A stretch of 56,576 nucleotides of DNA, the filler included, from Sluysia triapertura (lineage: Eukaryota), in the NCBI GenBank assembly GCA_046118255.1. It is 4 parts of 4 records of this genome, joined end to end, with 100 filler letters (N's around TTAATTAATTAA, not from the genome) between each part and the next. Parts side by side here need not be neighbours in the genome. Positions count along the whole stretch, not along the records: positions 15,164 to 27,071 come from JBJNIA010157380.1; positions 27,172 to 42,971 come from JBJNIA010218362.1; 2 more parts are not named here. One strand, given 5' to 3'. This document shows positions 23,434 to 38,371 of this stretch, piece after piece. Under the pieces are notes generated by a model. It did no database searches, was not told the DNA's origin, and saw only the letters and a list, made by a program, of their open reading frames with translations. The position numbers were made by a program, and so were the translations under genes. The number at the start of each line of letters is the position of its first letter. Within the stretch, counting starts at the first letter, position 1.

Positions 23434-26399
23434 ATCTATATGAGTTGAACTCCAATTCAACTCATCACAATCAAACATCAACACAATCAACACTTCTTAC
23501 ATAAACAAATTATTAAACAGATTACTCAATACATACAAAACATAAACACAGTCGTAATAATTTATAATTATTATAATAATGAGTATAATAATAATAATAG
23601 TAACTATTATCGTTGTAGTAATTTATATTTGTGATTTTATAATTGTTATTATTATGACTATTATCGTTGTTGCAATGTTTCGCTCGTTGTTCCTCTTTTT
23701 GCATGTAAATATGTTTATCTTTATGTATATATTTCTTATAGTTCCTCACATCACTATTATCATTGTTTTCATTTCTGCTACTTCTACTCGTTTCATTATT
23801 ACGCTCAAATTTATTCATTGCAACACTTATGAAACTAAAAGAATTTTATTAAACAATTTTATAAAAGGTTTAAACAAGTATAAATAAATTAAGTACTCCA
23901 ATCACTTCATTAAATTATTCACTATAATATTTATTATTATTATTATTATTATAAAATTTTAATAAAATTAAATTTAATAATTAAATTTATTAGCATATAA
24001 AAAATCAATATTATACCTAGTCACACTGTTAAGTTTTTAATAACAAGGTAATTTATAATGAAATAAATATTTGATCAATAGTTACTAAGCCTTTTTAAAG
24101 CGACACGATGTTGTTAGAAAACGATGCAACGGCTCGGTCATGTGGATGCCTATCTTCAAATCAGCACACCAAGACTCGATATGGTCACTCATTCAGCAAA
24201 TTTACTTGAAGTAGCTCATATTGTTATTAAGAACAAGAAAGCACTATTGCTCAATATATCAGTTTTTGCATTCATTATAATACCAAGTATTAATTCTATC
24301 CATTTTGGAAAACTTACAGAACCTGGTATTAAGACTTATGTAAATACTATTACAAGTAAAGGTATTATTGATACGCTTTACTGGCTTGATCTATTTGTTT
24401 TTGTTTTGTACTTCTTTATTTGCTCGCGTTGATTTTTTGATTATTAAATTTGTTAATAGTTTCAATATCTTTTTCACATTTCACGTATAATTATAATATC
24501 ATTAATTCTGTCCAAGGTCTTAAGCCTAAATTACTATTTGTTGAGATTAAAAATAGAACACTTGAACCCAGCAACAGAACCTACCAAAACATACTTCACG
24601 GGGATCACTACATGACTCTATACAAATCCTCGTATCTTCATCATCAAACCTTAAGAGTAAAATTATAAAATCCTAAATAATTCAAACTAGCACGTATATC
24701 TCTCAACATTATCCAAATATAGTTTCACCAAAGCATCATAACTTTCGATTATATCCATCATTATTATTACCACCACTATCTATACCACAACCCATAATCA
24801 AATTCCAACTTCGCTTATCCGGATCATAATACAAACAAAATTCAGAAATTCTAATAACAGAGCACAATTTAAATTGTCACTACAACGGTTACAATAATGA
24901 CAGCAATACATATCATTGTCATCATGATTTCGTTGCCGTTCTTCTTCTGTTCATTTTATTATTTCTATTTTCATGTATAATAATTGTTTCTATTTTATCA
25001 TTTTATCATTTTATTTCTTTTCGATTTATACAAAATGTATCTGAACGCCAAATTTCAGTCCAGTAATTAAATTTGTAAATTATCCATTGTTCAAATGACT
25101 GAGATTACGATTAAACGATTAAGCCAAGTTTGACACTTTTATATCAGTACAAGAACGGGAATGATGCTTTCCTCGGATTTAATCATCACAGATGTATACC
25201 CAAAAATGTATTATTTTCAAAAAAGCATTTTTCAAGAAGTTGTGTTTATATAATTTTTTCGTTTATATTTAAATTCCAAGAAAGTATCTGATTTACAACT
25301 TCATTTCGTCATGACTAAGAGCTGCTCAGATGTTTCACAGTGGATGCACGTTCGATACATGGACATGATAGTGCGATTCGTTTGGAGATCGATAAACTTC
25401 TGAAGTGTTCGCGGATCCAGTTATATTAAAATTAAGAGATTAATTATTACAATATGTTCCTATTTCAAACTTTGTGGATATTCTTGGATGATGTTTCATC
25501 AAAGTAAGGAGATTATGTGTTACGAGATATGTTCACGTCTTCAAGCCCATACATACCACACATCTTATTACAGTCTAAAGGTCGGATGCTCTAATGTGTG
25601 TCTACCTTAAAGTTTGAGTGACTACCCTGTCGACACGAAAAACGACATGTATCGATCAACCCTACGAATCAGAAGCGATGGATACACTCAACAGTCACTG
25701 ACATAATCCAGAATCTCATAGTATCGCGTCTCCAACCTTGTTCAACATTCTGTACAAGGATCAATGAATAATACGGCAACAGACGAACCTGGAAACGGAC
25801 CCTTTGTTACGACAATTCATACTCGACGTAATTTTTTCAAAATATTTTGCATAATATAACAAATCGAAATGGCAAATGCCATAATAAAATACGAAGCCCT
25901 CAATGCAGAATATGAAACAAACTCGAGACACTTTATTGATTGAAAACATTTTTCGAATTATCATTTCTGTCATTCATTATTTGCCTTTCCTTTTCAAGTT
26001 ATCAATATTGAAATATTCCATGTTTACTAATCGTCATCTATCATCATTATCATTATTATTACTATTGTAAAGTAGTACTAGAAGAAACAGTTAATATAAT
26101 AGTCATAAATTAGTAACAACAATAGAATAATCAACAATTACAAGGAATAAACGAATAATATACACATTCTAAAGGTTACTGTACCGTTAAAGTTATCAAA
26201 TTAATTAAATGAATCAATTATAAACACTATAGTAAAATTTAATTAAAATAAAAACCAGCATAATATTCAGTGGTATAATCAATTTTAATTTCTAATACAA
26301 GATTAAAAACTAAGTAAAATTATGTGTGGTACTTCAATTGTTACATACACAAGTAAATAATTGTAAACATGGCTGCAACTGTTTTATTATCAAGTCCTT

Positions 26400-26760
26400 C
26401 CTTGATAAGCTCTTGCCAAACAGGTAGATTGGAGAAGGGGTTTTGTTGAATATCCTCCCCGTTACCACTAGATTTTTTCTTATGGGAATATCTAAAAGAC
26501 AAAGTATACGCTAATAAATCTGCAACAGTCGCTGAATTGAGAGGAGGAATTGAACATGAATGTGGCCAAATACCAAGGAATAGTTTCATGATGTGTGCGA
26601 TTCCATTGCTTGGCGTTGTGAATAGTGTCATTAAGTAGAAGAGATGTTTCACTAAATGGACGTCGTTTAAGAACGGGCAGTAAACAAAATATTTTTTGTC
26701 TTAAATATTTTACTCTTACATCAATAAAATTCTAATAAATACCAGATTTACAATTATTTT
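26400..26760 (+). mobile_element. mariner-like DD37D (maT) transposase 3' remnant
   Basis: VEYPPR/PLDFFLWEYLKDKVYANKSATVAELRGGIEHEC; 3' flank shared with the copy at 40157-40490. Confidence 0.85.
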
Positions 26761-26995
26761 TGATGTTAATAAATTCCCAAGGTTAATAAATTCTTTGAAT
26801 TTCTAAACAAATAAAATTTACAGCATTTCTAAATCTTGCATCAGAGACGAGTAAAGACTCTAACTTTCAGAACAAATTTAAACATTTAATTACGATTTAA
26901 TAAAGAATAATGTAAGAGTAATTTTACTGAGTTAGATTGACAATAAACAGAAGAAACAGTAACAAAATAAGTTTAAATAAAGAACCAACTTTCTA

Positions 26996-27057
<62 letters not shown>

Positions 27058-27071
27058 GATATTGAACAATA

Positions 27072-27171
27072 NNNNNNNNNNNNNNNNNNNNNNNNNNNNN
27101 NNNNNNNNNNNNNNNTTAATTAATTAANNNNNNNNNNNNNNNNNNNNNNNNNNNNNNNNNNNNNNNNNNNN
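27072..27171. other. Artificial contig linker
   Basis: N44-TTAATTAATTAA-N44, with (TAT)n tracts nearby on both sides. Confidence 0.95.
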
Positions 27172-27406
27172 TTATTATTATTATTATTATTATTATATGT
27201 TATGTTATATTATGTTACTTTATGCTTTAATTTAATGATAAAATAAATTATCAAAAATATAACAAAAATGTTCATAAATTAAAATTTCTGCCTTTTAAAA
27301 GGTGGTAGTTCGATCTTCGAAATTAATCAAATTTATGATTGCATTTATTTCAATCTTTTAAGTAAAATCTATTTTGAGTATTTATATGTAATCTATTATA
27401 TTTTAG

Positions 27407-27658
<252 letters not shown>

Positions 27659-30600
27659 TAAGAAGAATAATAAAGTTTTACCATATTTTCTAAATGATAT
27701 TTAATATATCTACTAAATTGATTTTTAACTTAATTTAATTTCAAAAGAGTTTTCTAATGAAAACTTCTTTAAATTAATTTAACGTTTTCTTTGCGACATA
27801 ATAACTTGAACGTCAAGAAGTTCAAAGTCTCGACTATTTGAATTTTTAGGCCGGCCACAAATACGGATTGGGACCAATAGATAAAATAAATAAATAAATA
27901 AAAATTTAATTTTATAGTAACGTATATTAAAGCCGGCTTTTCAGTTAATCTTATTAAGAGTCAAATGTATTTTGATTAAAATAAGATGATTTTGTGCTCG
28001 ATTGATCAACACTAGCGTTGCTGCTACAATAAAATTATTTTTTATTTAAATATTTAAATAAATTCTAAATCTCTTATTGCTTATATTACTTCTCACTTAT
28101 AAGAAAACTTTTCCGAGAGCATCATTTGATTGTGTTTTATTACTACTGTTCGAATTATTATTGTAAGTATTACGAATTTTTAACTTTAAAATAAGACAAG
28201 AAATTTTTATTTTGTATAATATCGGTCAATCATGTCAATTTATTGTTAGTCCATATATCGTGGTTACTTCTGAACTCGTCTCTGTTCATAGAGAATGAAA
28301 TGCAAATTCTGTAGTTAAAATAAGTCCATCTCAATTCACTAGACTCGGAAATGAATTTAATATAAATATACTTGAAAAAGGACCACGTTTAATAATTATG
28401 ACCTTATTGAACATGTTTGTAATGAAATTTAAATTATTTTAAATTATAACAAACTTATGATTATAGTATTGATGGGCTTCATTTTATATTTCACTTACAG
28501 CAAAATAAAGTTAGTTTATAGATTCGTCTACAATATGTGGCATATAACTCAATAGTCACACCTAAATTATTGTAGCTCCTTCAAATTAGTTTTGTTGAAG
28601 GTATTTTGGAATATCTTTATCGTATGTTATTCCTTAACAAAGAATATTTTTAACTATTATGAATAATTATGTGTGTTCCCAACAATATGGCAGTATTTTT
28701 TTATTAACAAATGAATTAAGGTGAAATTACAATTAATGAATGTAAACAATTTTGCAAGTATTTGTACTAAAAGTTTGCAAAATAATTTTCTGAAGGAGAG
28801 TTAACCTAGAGATGCGGCTTATATCTGGTCGAGGCGGTGTATTAGGACTTGATTTTAAAGAACTTAAAAAGAATGCTAGGCGATGTCAATAGTTAAAATA
28901 TTCCTTTTTGTAAGAATCAATTTTATAAATTAAATTCATTAAATTAAACTAGCCGAATTATGGTCTAGTTTCTAAATAGTTAAGCTAGCTGATTAAGTTG
29001 AGTTTAATTCTTATTAAGATAAGAATTAAAATCCTATGTAATAAACAAATTACTTTTTCTCATGGAAATTGAAAAGCATAAATCGACGATGAATTTTTTC
29101 TTCTGGTTGTCAGTGAAAATTCAGCCATTTATATAGCTAAATTTTCACTGAGGTAACCATACTGAAAATCAATATAGTGTTTATTTAGGTGATTTAGGAA
29201 AACAAAATTGACAAATGAAATTAAATTATTTCCTAGATTGTTTTTAGATTATTATTAGAAATGAAATTATTAAAAATTTTATTATTATCATAATTTTAGG
29301 AATGAAACTATTTTTAAAGTTTTAATTCTTTTATATAATATTTATAATAAATTTAAATATAACATGGACAAATTATACAATAAAGCGTAAATATATAAAT
29401 ATAATGAAACGTAATACAATAAAGCGTTCTTACAATTTAAATTGTAAAAATGAAATGTTAAGTCAAGACTTAATACAATAATTCAGTTAATTTTTTTTAA
29501 TTTGAAGTGAGGATTGAAGTTACCAATAAGATAATCAATAAGATTTTAGTTTATGATATACTAAATTAGGAAGGATTGTTGTAATATAAACTAACATGAC
29601 GAATAATTTAAATAAAAGTGTAAAAATAGTTTTTAATTTGTTGTTCCTTCCCATTTTTTTATACATATATTAAATCGTTCCGTGTGCAAAAGCCTCAACG
29701 TTTCATTTATATTTTAATTCTTTTTGTTTTAGTCTTATTGTGTAATATCTGAATTTGATTCAGTTTTTTATACTGAATATAAAAGTGTGCACAACGCCAT
29801 TTTTAATTCAAAAATAAATTAATAAAATAATTAGCTTAACTTATTATGCCGAGTTTATTAATAATTACTTATTACTATTATTATTGCTACATTATATTAT
29901 GTACTATTAATATTATAATTTAGTTTACTCTTATTATATTATTAGCATATTACTTTGAAGACAACCTTTGCTTTATCAGTATCAATTAATTTATAATTAA
30001 TTTATAATCAATTAATTTATAATTAGTCAAATTGATGGGAGTTAATTAGTGTCGGTATTAGTCCGCGCCTGCTAATTTACGAAAGTTATTCTTTTCATTC
30101 TTAAAGCGTCTCAATTCAATCCGTAAACTTTTTATTTGTTCTTTACATTTTCATTTTGTATTATTTTGTGAATTTTTTAAATTAAGCGCTTTTTGGAAAT
30201 TTTTCAGAAATTTAAAGCTTTTCCTTTTATTTTTATTTTATTAATATTTAAATTATAAAATTATTTTATTTTAAATTTTACAATAAAAATTATTCTCATT
30301 ACTGTTTATGTCTATGATAAGTAGTTAATTATTATTTTGCTGAGATTATCCTATCTGAAGCAGTCTAAAAGTAATAATATAATTAGCACAAGTATTTAAA
30401 TAATTTTAGTACAGTTTAAAAAATATTGTGCATATTTTATTAAATAAAGTATTTAATTCCGTCGTTATTTCACTTTAACATTACAAACTATCCGGCCATG
30501 GCAGACCTATAATTTGTATTAAAATGTTTGGATAAATTTAATAGAGATCCAATTAAGTTGCAAAGTCCGGGTTAAACATTGGTTCAGGAATTAAATTAAA

Positions 30601-31424
30601 TCAATTTGTATTTTCACGATTTAAGCTCGTTCGTTTTTAAGCATGAGATTTTATTAAATCATGTTGGAATAAAACTTTCGGTTGATTAAATCTAGGTATA
30701 AATTTTTAATAATACTTTCGCAACAGTGGTTAGAATCAGTGAATGAACCTTTCGGTACTAAGTATAAGTATATCAGAACTTCATGGTTTTGCTAAATGCA
30801 AAATTTAACCTTTATTTCATTGATACTTCTTATTAACATCAATATCCCACTTTATATAATACCTAGCCTTTTTTATGAAGGAAATAAATCCACTTTTCAC
30901 CTGACATTACAACTTGTTTAAAATATATGCTGTCATTTAGGTATTCTAAATTTATGCATATTTCAAGTCTTACATGTGCTTGATTTTCAGTTAATTGATA
31001 AGTACTTCTGTCAGTATTTTAAAATCAATTTTAGTTTACAAAATACATTTTTACTTGGTATATTTAGAGAACTTAGAGAACCAGGCATATGTTTTCCTTT
31101 GACGTTAGTGTTATCACAAAATTTTCTGAAACGAATTTGATTCATTTGGATTAACAATTTATTTTCACAAATTCTGTCTTCAAAACTATTGTCGCATAAT
31201 ATATCGAATAACCAGTTTCTCGTTTTTTATTTTTTGTTTAAAATGAAGACTTTTGTAATAAATCGATAAATAATACAAACTAAAACAATAGTTTTAATTG
31301 ATATTTTTAATGTTTTCATATCGATTTTAGATTGATATTAATTTGATATAAAACGAATAAGTATGTAAAAATATGATTACTTTTAAAAATATTAATATTA
31401 TGTGACCATATTTGTCAAATTTAG

Positions 31425-31565
<141 letters not shown>

Positions 31566-32415
31566 TAAAAATTTTGTTTAATTTAATTAAATAACTTATA
31601 ATTTATCGAAACTGTATTATTATTTCGACGATTTAAATTATATTTCTATTAAACAAAACTATTTGTGTCTTCAGCTATTAAATCCTATTCTTATTCATGA
31701 TTACCAGTTTTAAATAGATATTGTGTAAATTCTTTGAATAAAATTGCGATTTTTTATTTTCAACTTTAATTAATTATTTAATTTTAAGCACAATTTCATT
31801 CTTTGTTATCCAGTTTGTATGTAGATCTATAATTCAATTAAGTAGGGATAATAAGTATAAAATAAATCTGTATTGTGATTGAAAATCCCACAATTGCATA
31901 ATTATCCGGCTCTTATCCAGAAATGTTTTGAATTTCATAATAGATTTTGACATTTTGATTATCAGGTTAAATTTAAATTATTTTCCGCGGTTTTGAGTGT
32001 TTCAAAAACTCAAATTTTAAATTCAACTTTTGTAACATATTTTGTGGAAAGACTTAACATGTTACTAATTTAGTAACTTTATTTAATCCAATATGGTTGT
32101 CGTATATAAGCCACAAAAGTGTAAAGTTACTCACTTCATATACTGCTCTAAAAACCAACTTCATTGGAGAATGATAGTAATGCAGTATTATTTTTATTCA
32201 TTAATGGTATTTTAATGTTAAGCAACAAATAAATAAAATTAAAAATACTGCCAAATTTAGTTTTTCTCTTTAGTTTTAGATTTTTTTACCAAAGTTACAA
32301 TAAAACAAATCTATTCATAAATTATGTTTAAAAATAAATAGTGTTCTGTTTCTTACTAACACACGAAATATTTCACGAACATTCAAATTAAAAAATGGAT
32401 TATAAATGTTACTTG

Positions 32416-32860
32416 GGTACTATACACCACGCGTATAGGATTAATATAAATTCTCGCATTTGAAATGTACCGTTCTCGAAACCAAAAACTAAAATGATTT
32501 CATGAAAGAACAATAAAATATAATTAAAAAAAATAAAAGAAACAAGATGTTTATACGATAGAGAAAGAAATTAAAGACCATTTATTAATGACGCTTAAGT
32601 TGATCAAGTAAAGCAACATTTTGAATGCGCGACTCTACAATGTCAATTGAAATAGAAGCATCTCATTCAACATTGAGATAAGCCTTAAAATATAAGATTG
32701 TTATGATGACATTCCAAATTAATCTTGTCAATCAATTATTAAATGATTATCAAGCTTATGTTTCATTCGGAATGAGATTAGTAATAAGATTGAAAAAGAT
32801 CGATCAGACTTAAGGCACCTGTGTCATTTAGACGAGGCTCGTGTGAATTTTCCAATTAAT
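32416..32860 (+). mobile_element. mariner-like (DD37D) 5' transposase remnant in a MARK intron
   Basis: Decayed frames VDQVKQHF..ASHSTL..LVNQLLNDY..KIEKD..LCHLDEA (cf. ..FSDEA). Confidence 0.5.
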
Positions 32861-35079
32861 GTTTGAATATCTCTATTTCACGTTGAATTAATTGGGCTCT
32901 ATTTTTTTTCAAAATAACGTTATATATGATTCTTACTTAAATATATTCTAAGATTATTTCGTGCCTGAATTAAGTTATCGCAGATTTGACAAATGAGTTT
33001 TATAAAATGGCCATCCTTCACAATGGGCAACTTCGTTTCGAAATTATTCAAATATTAATTTTTGTTATCGTTGTGTCTGTAATAATTCAATTTCGTAACT
33101 TCCAAGAAATATCGAATTAATACACAATATGATTTGTTTCTGCTGAGTATGTAAAGAATATTATTTATTGATCATTATATGAAGTATCAGTTAAAATTTA
33201 ATTTTATAATTCTGTCTTAAGTATTTATATCATTTTAGACATCCAAACACACTTTGTGATGAAACATGATCTGTTTTAAATATCATTTTTCCTTATACCA
33301 TCCATATATTCATGCATTTCCTGCGTTAATCTATTGTAATCGTTATACGACCCATATGTGACATTTCATAATTTAGAAAAGGAAGATGTGCATTACATGT
33401 CGAAATATAGAAATAATTAAATATGCTTAAGTAATTTCTGATTTATCAAATAAAATTAAATAAACTTTAACGAATTTTAGTTTTTTTTGTAATTTTATCG
33501 TATTTTATATTGAAATGTTTACTTCGTAAATTTAAAAAATTGAAACAAAACATTAAATGTAACTATAATGCATAAATTGAACATATTTCGAAAATGTTTA
33601 CATAAGTTATATTAAACTTCCTGATTTAGTAAAATCATTTGCATTTTGTTAATTAAATTGACTTTATTTTAATATACGTTAAATAAATATAAAATAATTA
33701 ATATTTTTAAAATAAAATAAACAAAACATCAATTCTGCCAAGAACTCTAATACTCAAGAAAAGTCTGAAAATATGAAAGAAGTATTTCAAAAATACACAT
33801 AAGCTTAGAAGAAAATAAAATAAAATGAAAAAATATATGGATGAAAAATGAAACCCACCACACTTAATTAGCCAGAGGAAAAGCTACGGATTGAATAGAA
33901 ATACCATAGGAATACAAAAATATGTAACGTTAGAAATGAAAAACCTGCATTAGCATTAGTGCCAATTAATAAAGCGGATATAAATAAGTTATGTGGATAA
34001 AGTTAACTGCAGGATGAAATTAAAATATTAAAATATACAATTACAAAAGTATACATAACTATAACTATAGAGAAAATTATAGATTAAAATTTAAAAAAAT
34101 TAAAATTAAAAAAATTATTTCAGTAAAAATAATACATAAAGAGATAATTAAACACCTGTGATTTAGAATGTTGATATTTCAAAATTTCTGTTGCTAAAAT
34201 AACTGTTTGCAATATATATGCAATTTAATCTTTGAGTTATGCGATAAAAACGAGTAATTGATTATACATTGTTAATTTAAACTTATGAGTAATAACTCCT
34301 ATTCACTTTAATATTAGTTATAGTCGAACGTTTTATTTGTAGTAAAACTTTTAACTTTTAAATATTCAAATTTAACTTCTCAATGTAAACTTATAAATAA
34401 CTAAATCTTGTTCGAATTTCGTCACATAATTTAAAATTAAGAATTCATATTTGAAATTCTTTGTCAATTTTTAATTCTCTTAAAACTGTTTAAGTTTAGC
34501 TTTATATTTTCAAATTATTTATCAACCGTCTTTATCTGACAGTCAGTTCTAATCGTCTCTGCTGTAAGAGATAGAAGTGCCAATAAAATCGGAAACTCAA
34601 ATTTACGACACGAAATAACACTGATAAATAAAAAAAATGAGATAGTATACTTTAACAAGGAACCAGTCGTAATCCAAATTTAACAAAATTTTCAAAAGAA
34701 ATTTATCTAAATAATTATTTTACAAATTTTAATTATTCTTATTTATGATATTGCACTTACTCAAAATTAGTACGAAACAAAATTGTCACCGAATAAATCC
34801 ATCACATACCCAATAAAATTATCTTTGAATTTATCAAATAAATTATGTCGTCGAATGTATCAAACACTCTTAATCATAAAATAATTAGACTTATCAATTT
34901 ATAAAAATTTTTCTTTTGTGTAAAAAATGTTTTCTTATAAAGTGATGTTTCGCCCTAATGACCAATTTTTACTCTATATTGTACTCTTATATACCGTACA
35001 ATATACTATATTTTATTTATATAATTCCACATATTCCAGTTTAGCATTATTATATTTTCGTTTGGTGGTCTAGCGCAAG

Positions 35080-35470
35080 TGTGATCACGGAAGAAATATA
35101 ATGCAAAAACTTAAAGACAACAAGCCTACATTGGTCAACAGATCGACTCCTATCTTGTTACATGATAACGCTAGACCACAAACTTCACAAACGAAGATGG
35201 AATTTCATCTTTTATATTCATAGATACAGCCAATTTTGATTACCACTTTCCAATTTGGAAAACTTTTTATAGGAAAGTGCTGTAAAACTGATCTTAGAGG
35301 AATTCACTAAATCTCGCCATCCAAGGTTTTATATCACCGATCTGATCAACCTGCTACTTAAATGGCAAAAGTACGTAGTTAATATGAGTGCATGCTTTGA
35401 CGAATAAAACAATTCTTTATGAAGCAACTTTGCTTTTTTTTCGACAAATTTAATCATTTACGACCTGATA
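35080..35470 (+). mobile_element. mariner DD34D transposase 3' remnant in a MARK intron
   Basis: MQKLKDNKPTLVNRSTPILLHDNARP...DYHF...KWQKYV...FDE*; TIR-like end TTACGACCTGATA followed by TA. Confidence 0.85.
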
Positions 35471-35532
35471 TATATATTTTTAAGAACACTAATTTACCAT
35501 TATTTTGAATTATAGAACTATTTAATTTTTAG

Positions 35533-35632
35533 GATGTAATGAAAGACAAGTGGATTAATATTGGTTTTGAAGATTCTCCATTACAACCATATAAAGAACC
35601 ACCCAAAAACTATGATGATCCTGTGAAAATCA
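35533..35632 (+). CDS. MARK: MARK/PAR-1 exon (kinase end and linker)
   Basis: DVMKDKWINIGFEDSPLQPYKEPPKNYDDPVKI; TTTTAG acceptor, GTAAAT donor; phase 1. Confidence 0.92.
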
Positions 35633-35711
35633 GTAAATACGTTTTATGTTTAAATAAATTATTGTTTATTTTGATTCAATACTTAATATTATGTTTAATA
35701 TATTTTTATAG

Positions 35712-35909
35712 ATATAATGGAAAAATTAGGATTTACGAAAGAAGAAGTTTTGGATTCTCTTTATCATGCAAAATTTAATAACGTCACCGCTACTTATTTA
35801 CTATTGGATTTTGATAACCAATTAGATCAAACATCGAAATCAACAGAAAGTGTTAGTACTTTTCAAAATGCAAAAGATAATCAAAAAAATCTCGATCTTA
35901 GTAAAGAAG
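35712..35909 (+). CDS. MARK: MARK/PAR-1 exon (UBA domain)
   Basis: IMEKLGFTKEEVLDSLYHAKFNNVTATYLLL (UBA signature ATYLLL), phase compatible. The 3' end is uncertain: donor at 35910 or stop at 35947. Confidence 0.88.
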
Positions 35910-36788
35910 GTTATTTTTATTATTCAAACTGTTGCCAAAATGATTAACTAAATTTGATTAACAATTAAAATGTTATTTGAAAATAATGTTACGAATGTAT
36001 TATAATTAAATTAAGCAGTAGTCATAATCTTAATTATTTTCTAATTTTAGCAAATTACATAAGATTGCAGATAGATTTTCTGTTTGTAAATTAACTATTA
36101 TTTCTGTTGCAGTCTTTATTTCATTGTTATTAAATATTATTCTTATTATTATTTTGGTACCTTCTCAAGTGTTAAGATTTTAATATAATATAAGGTACTC
36201 AAACTAAGTTCTTGACTACAATCCTGAGACAAGACATACATAGCATTTCTCATTTTTAATCTTAGGTGGATTATTAATAAATTTACTATTTTATAATTTT
36301 GCATATTGGATGAAAAATGAGGAATATTATGTATTAATAAAATTTTCGAAATGCTTTGACTTTCTATAAGCCAACCACTTAACTAAATTCATCAAATTTG
36401 CTTACATGCAAATAAGGTTCTTTTCTGTGTTTAGTGGGATATAACTGGAGTTAAACATTATTAATTATTACAAATGGATGAAACAGATTGTCTGACAGCT
36501 ATTGTCAGCATTTTCATCGTTTACGCCAGAAATTATTAAAATTTCGGCCAGCATTGATCAATAGAATATTTCAAAAGTTCTTACAAAAGTTACATATTGT
36601 CCTTTGCAGATTTTGATTTTTATTATTCTATGTTTAGTTTGATGCGATGCTTCTTAGAAACAGAATTTGAAGAAATGAATAATATAAAACTGACAAAAGT
36701 CAAATATTTCGGCTCTAAATCGAAAGTTTTTTTTATAGCAATAGAATAAAAAGTAAAATTGAAAGAATTATCGAAATGAACGGTGATA

Positions 36789-36930
36789 CAGTGAGTCTCC
36801 ATATAACGCGATAGTTACATACCATGTTATAGGAATTCGTGTTGTATGGAGACTATCGCAGTACGAAACTATCGTGTTATCAGAATTGTAACTGAATACA
36901 ATGCGAACAAACAGAATAATCAAAATAGTT
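36789..36930 (+). mobile_element. pogo/Tigger-like terminal fragment
   Basis: TA|CAGTGAGTCTCCATATAACGCG terminus; homologous to 12905-13030. Confidence 0.6.
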
Positions 36931-37639
36931 TAGATGTAGAACTTGCCGTATTTAGTTTGTTAGCCATTTTTATTAGAAATTTCAATTTTTGTTTCCTATT
37001 AAATTATTACAAACTTTAATTAATCGTTTATTTAAAAATTGAAGTAGTTTGTTTAAATGATTTCTAACAAAAATTTTATTTGAAAAACGCGAACTTAAAA
37101 TCCTTAACAAAAAATATCATTATCAAACAGAGAATAAAATGAACATGCAATATGAAATTCCATTTATTAAAAATCTACAAAAATCGTGAACTTTTAAGAT
37201 GTAACAATATTAAAATATAAAAAATTTAACATGTAAGATATAAAATGTAAAAACTCGTGTAGAGAGCTTCGCCGTAAAGTTTAAGACGTCTTAATACTAT
37301 GCATATTAACAGTTGCTTTCTACGTATGAGTAAGTGTTGAATAGTTTGTAAAGAACGCGATTATTAAAAAATTATCAGAAATAAAAGTCATTGGCAGATT
37401 TTAAAAGCGTTGGTAGATTTTAGAATTTGTAATTCGAATTATTGCAATAAGCATTATTTCTTAAGCGACAGATGTATCAATTTTTATAACAGCTAAAAGA
37501 CCATATTACTTAACTGTAAAATCTGATCTAAGTCGTGCAGGACAATATGAATTTTAATTACAGAATAAATGACATTTTCCAAGTATGAATTTAATAATAA
37601 AACATAACAACTGAAGGAATAATTAAACCATAAATTAGT

Positions 37640-37920
37640 CGAATCTTTTGTTTGGTATTTATTCATCATTCTACCATTAACTGGAAAACTACGCCGTTGT
37701 AATCAATATAAAGGCAATTCTATCGGACTAAATCTAGTAGATATAGCAATTCTTGAATCCTAAAACCAAACCTTCTAGAACCGTTCATGTAACCGTATAA
37801 AGAATAATTATCTGAAATTTTAAAATCAAACAATTAAAGTTGACAGTCCCTCTTACGTACGAGAAAGGACGATCAGTATTTAGATTTTTAGATTCACACT
37901 GTACACTCTCGAACTTCTTG
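37640..37920 (-). mobile_element. Helitron Pif1-helicase remnant
   Basis: GYMNGSR (cf. GLCNGTR) and RIAISTRFSPIELPLY*LQRRSFPV..MNKYQ (cf. IPRI...LPF.L.RRQFPV...TINKSQ). Confidence 0.55.
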
Positions 37921-38132
37921 AATTATTTTCTCAATGTGAATTATTAGCTTTAACATAATTTCAAATTAAATTATGTATTTGGAATTTATTTAAAATTTTT
38001 TAAAGTGCCATAAGGCATTATAATACTAAAACAAAAAGTTGTAGCTAGAAAATCAGAATATGAATCTTACATAAATTTATCGTGAACACAAATCTTTACA
38101 AAAAAGTGATTTAACTTTTGTGCAACTATTAA

Positions 38133-38371
38133 CCCTTTAACTCGCACACTCGAATTAACTCGAGCGAGTTATTTTGACATGTTTAGGTAGAAAATATATC
38201 TAACCAACATATACTGATATAATAAATAAATATCATATTTTTCATTGTTTTTTTTTGTTTTTGAATTTTTTTGTAAATATCACACTAAAATATAGTTTAG
38301 TAAATAATTCAGCAATAAAAAAATGAGTTTCTTTGGACGTTTTTTTTGAAAAAAAATTGAACGTTAAGGGG
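38133..38371. mobile_element. piggyBac-type MITE
   Basis: TTAA|CCCTTTAAC ... GTTAAGGGG|TTAA. Confidence 0.75.

Noticed and set aside
26341-26652. Similar ORFs 26341-26652 (-) and 40368-40562 (+) as a novel gene pair
   Set aside because: They are the antisense frames of two DD37D mariner remnants.
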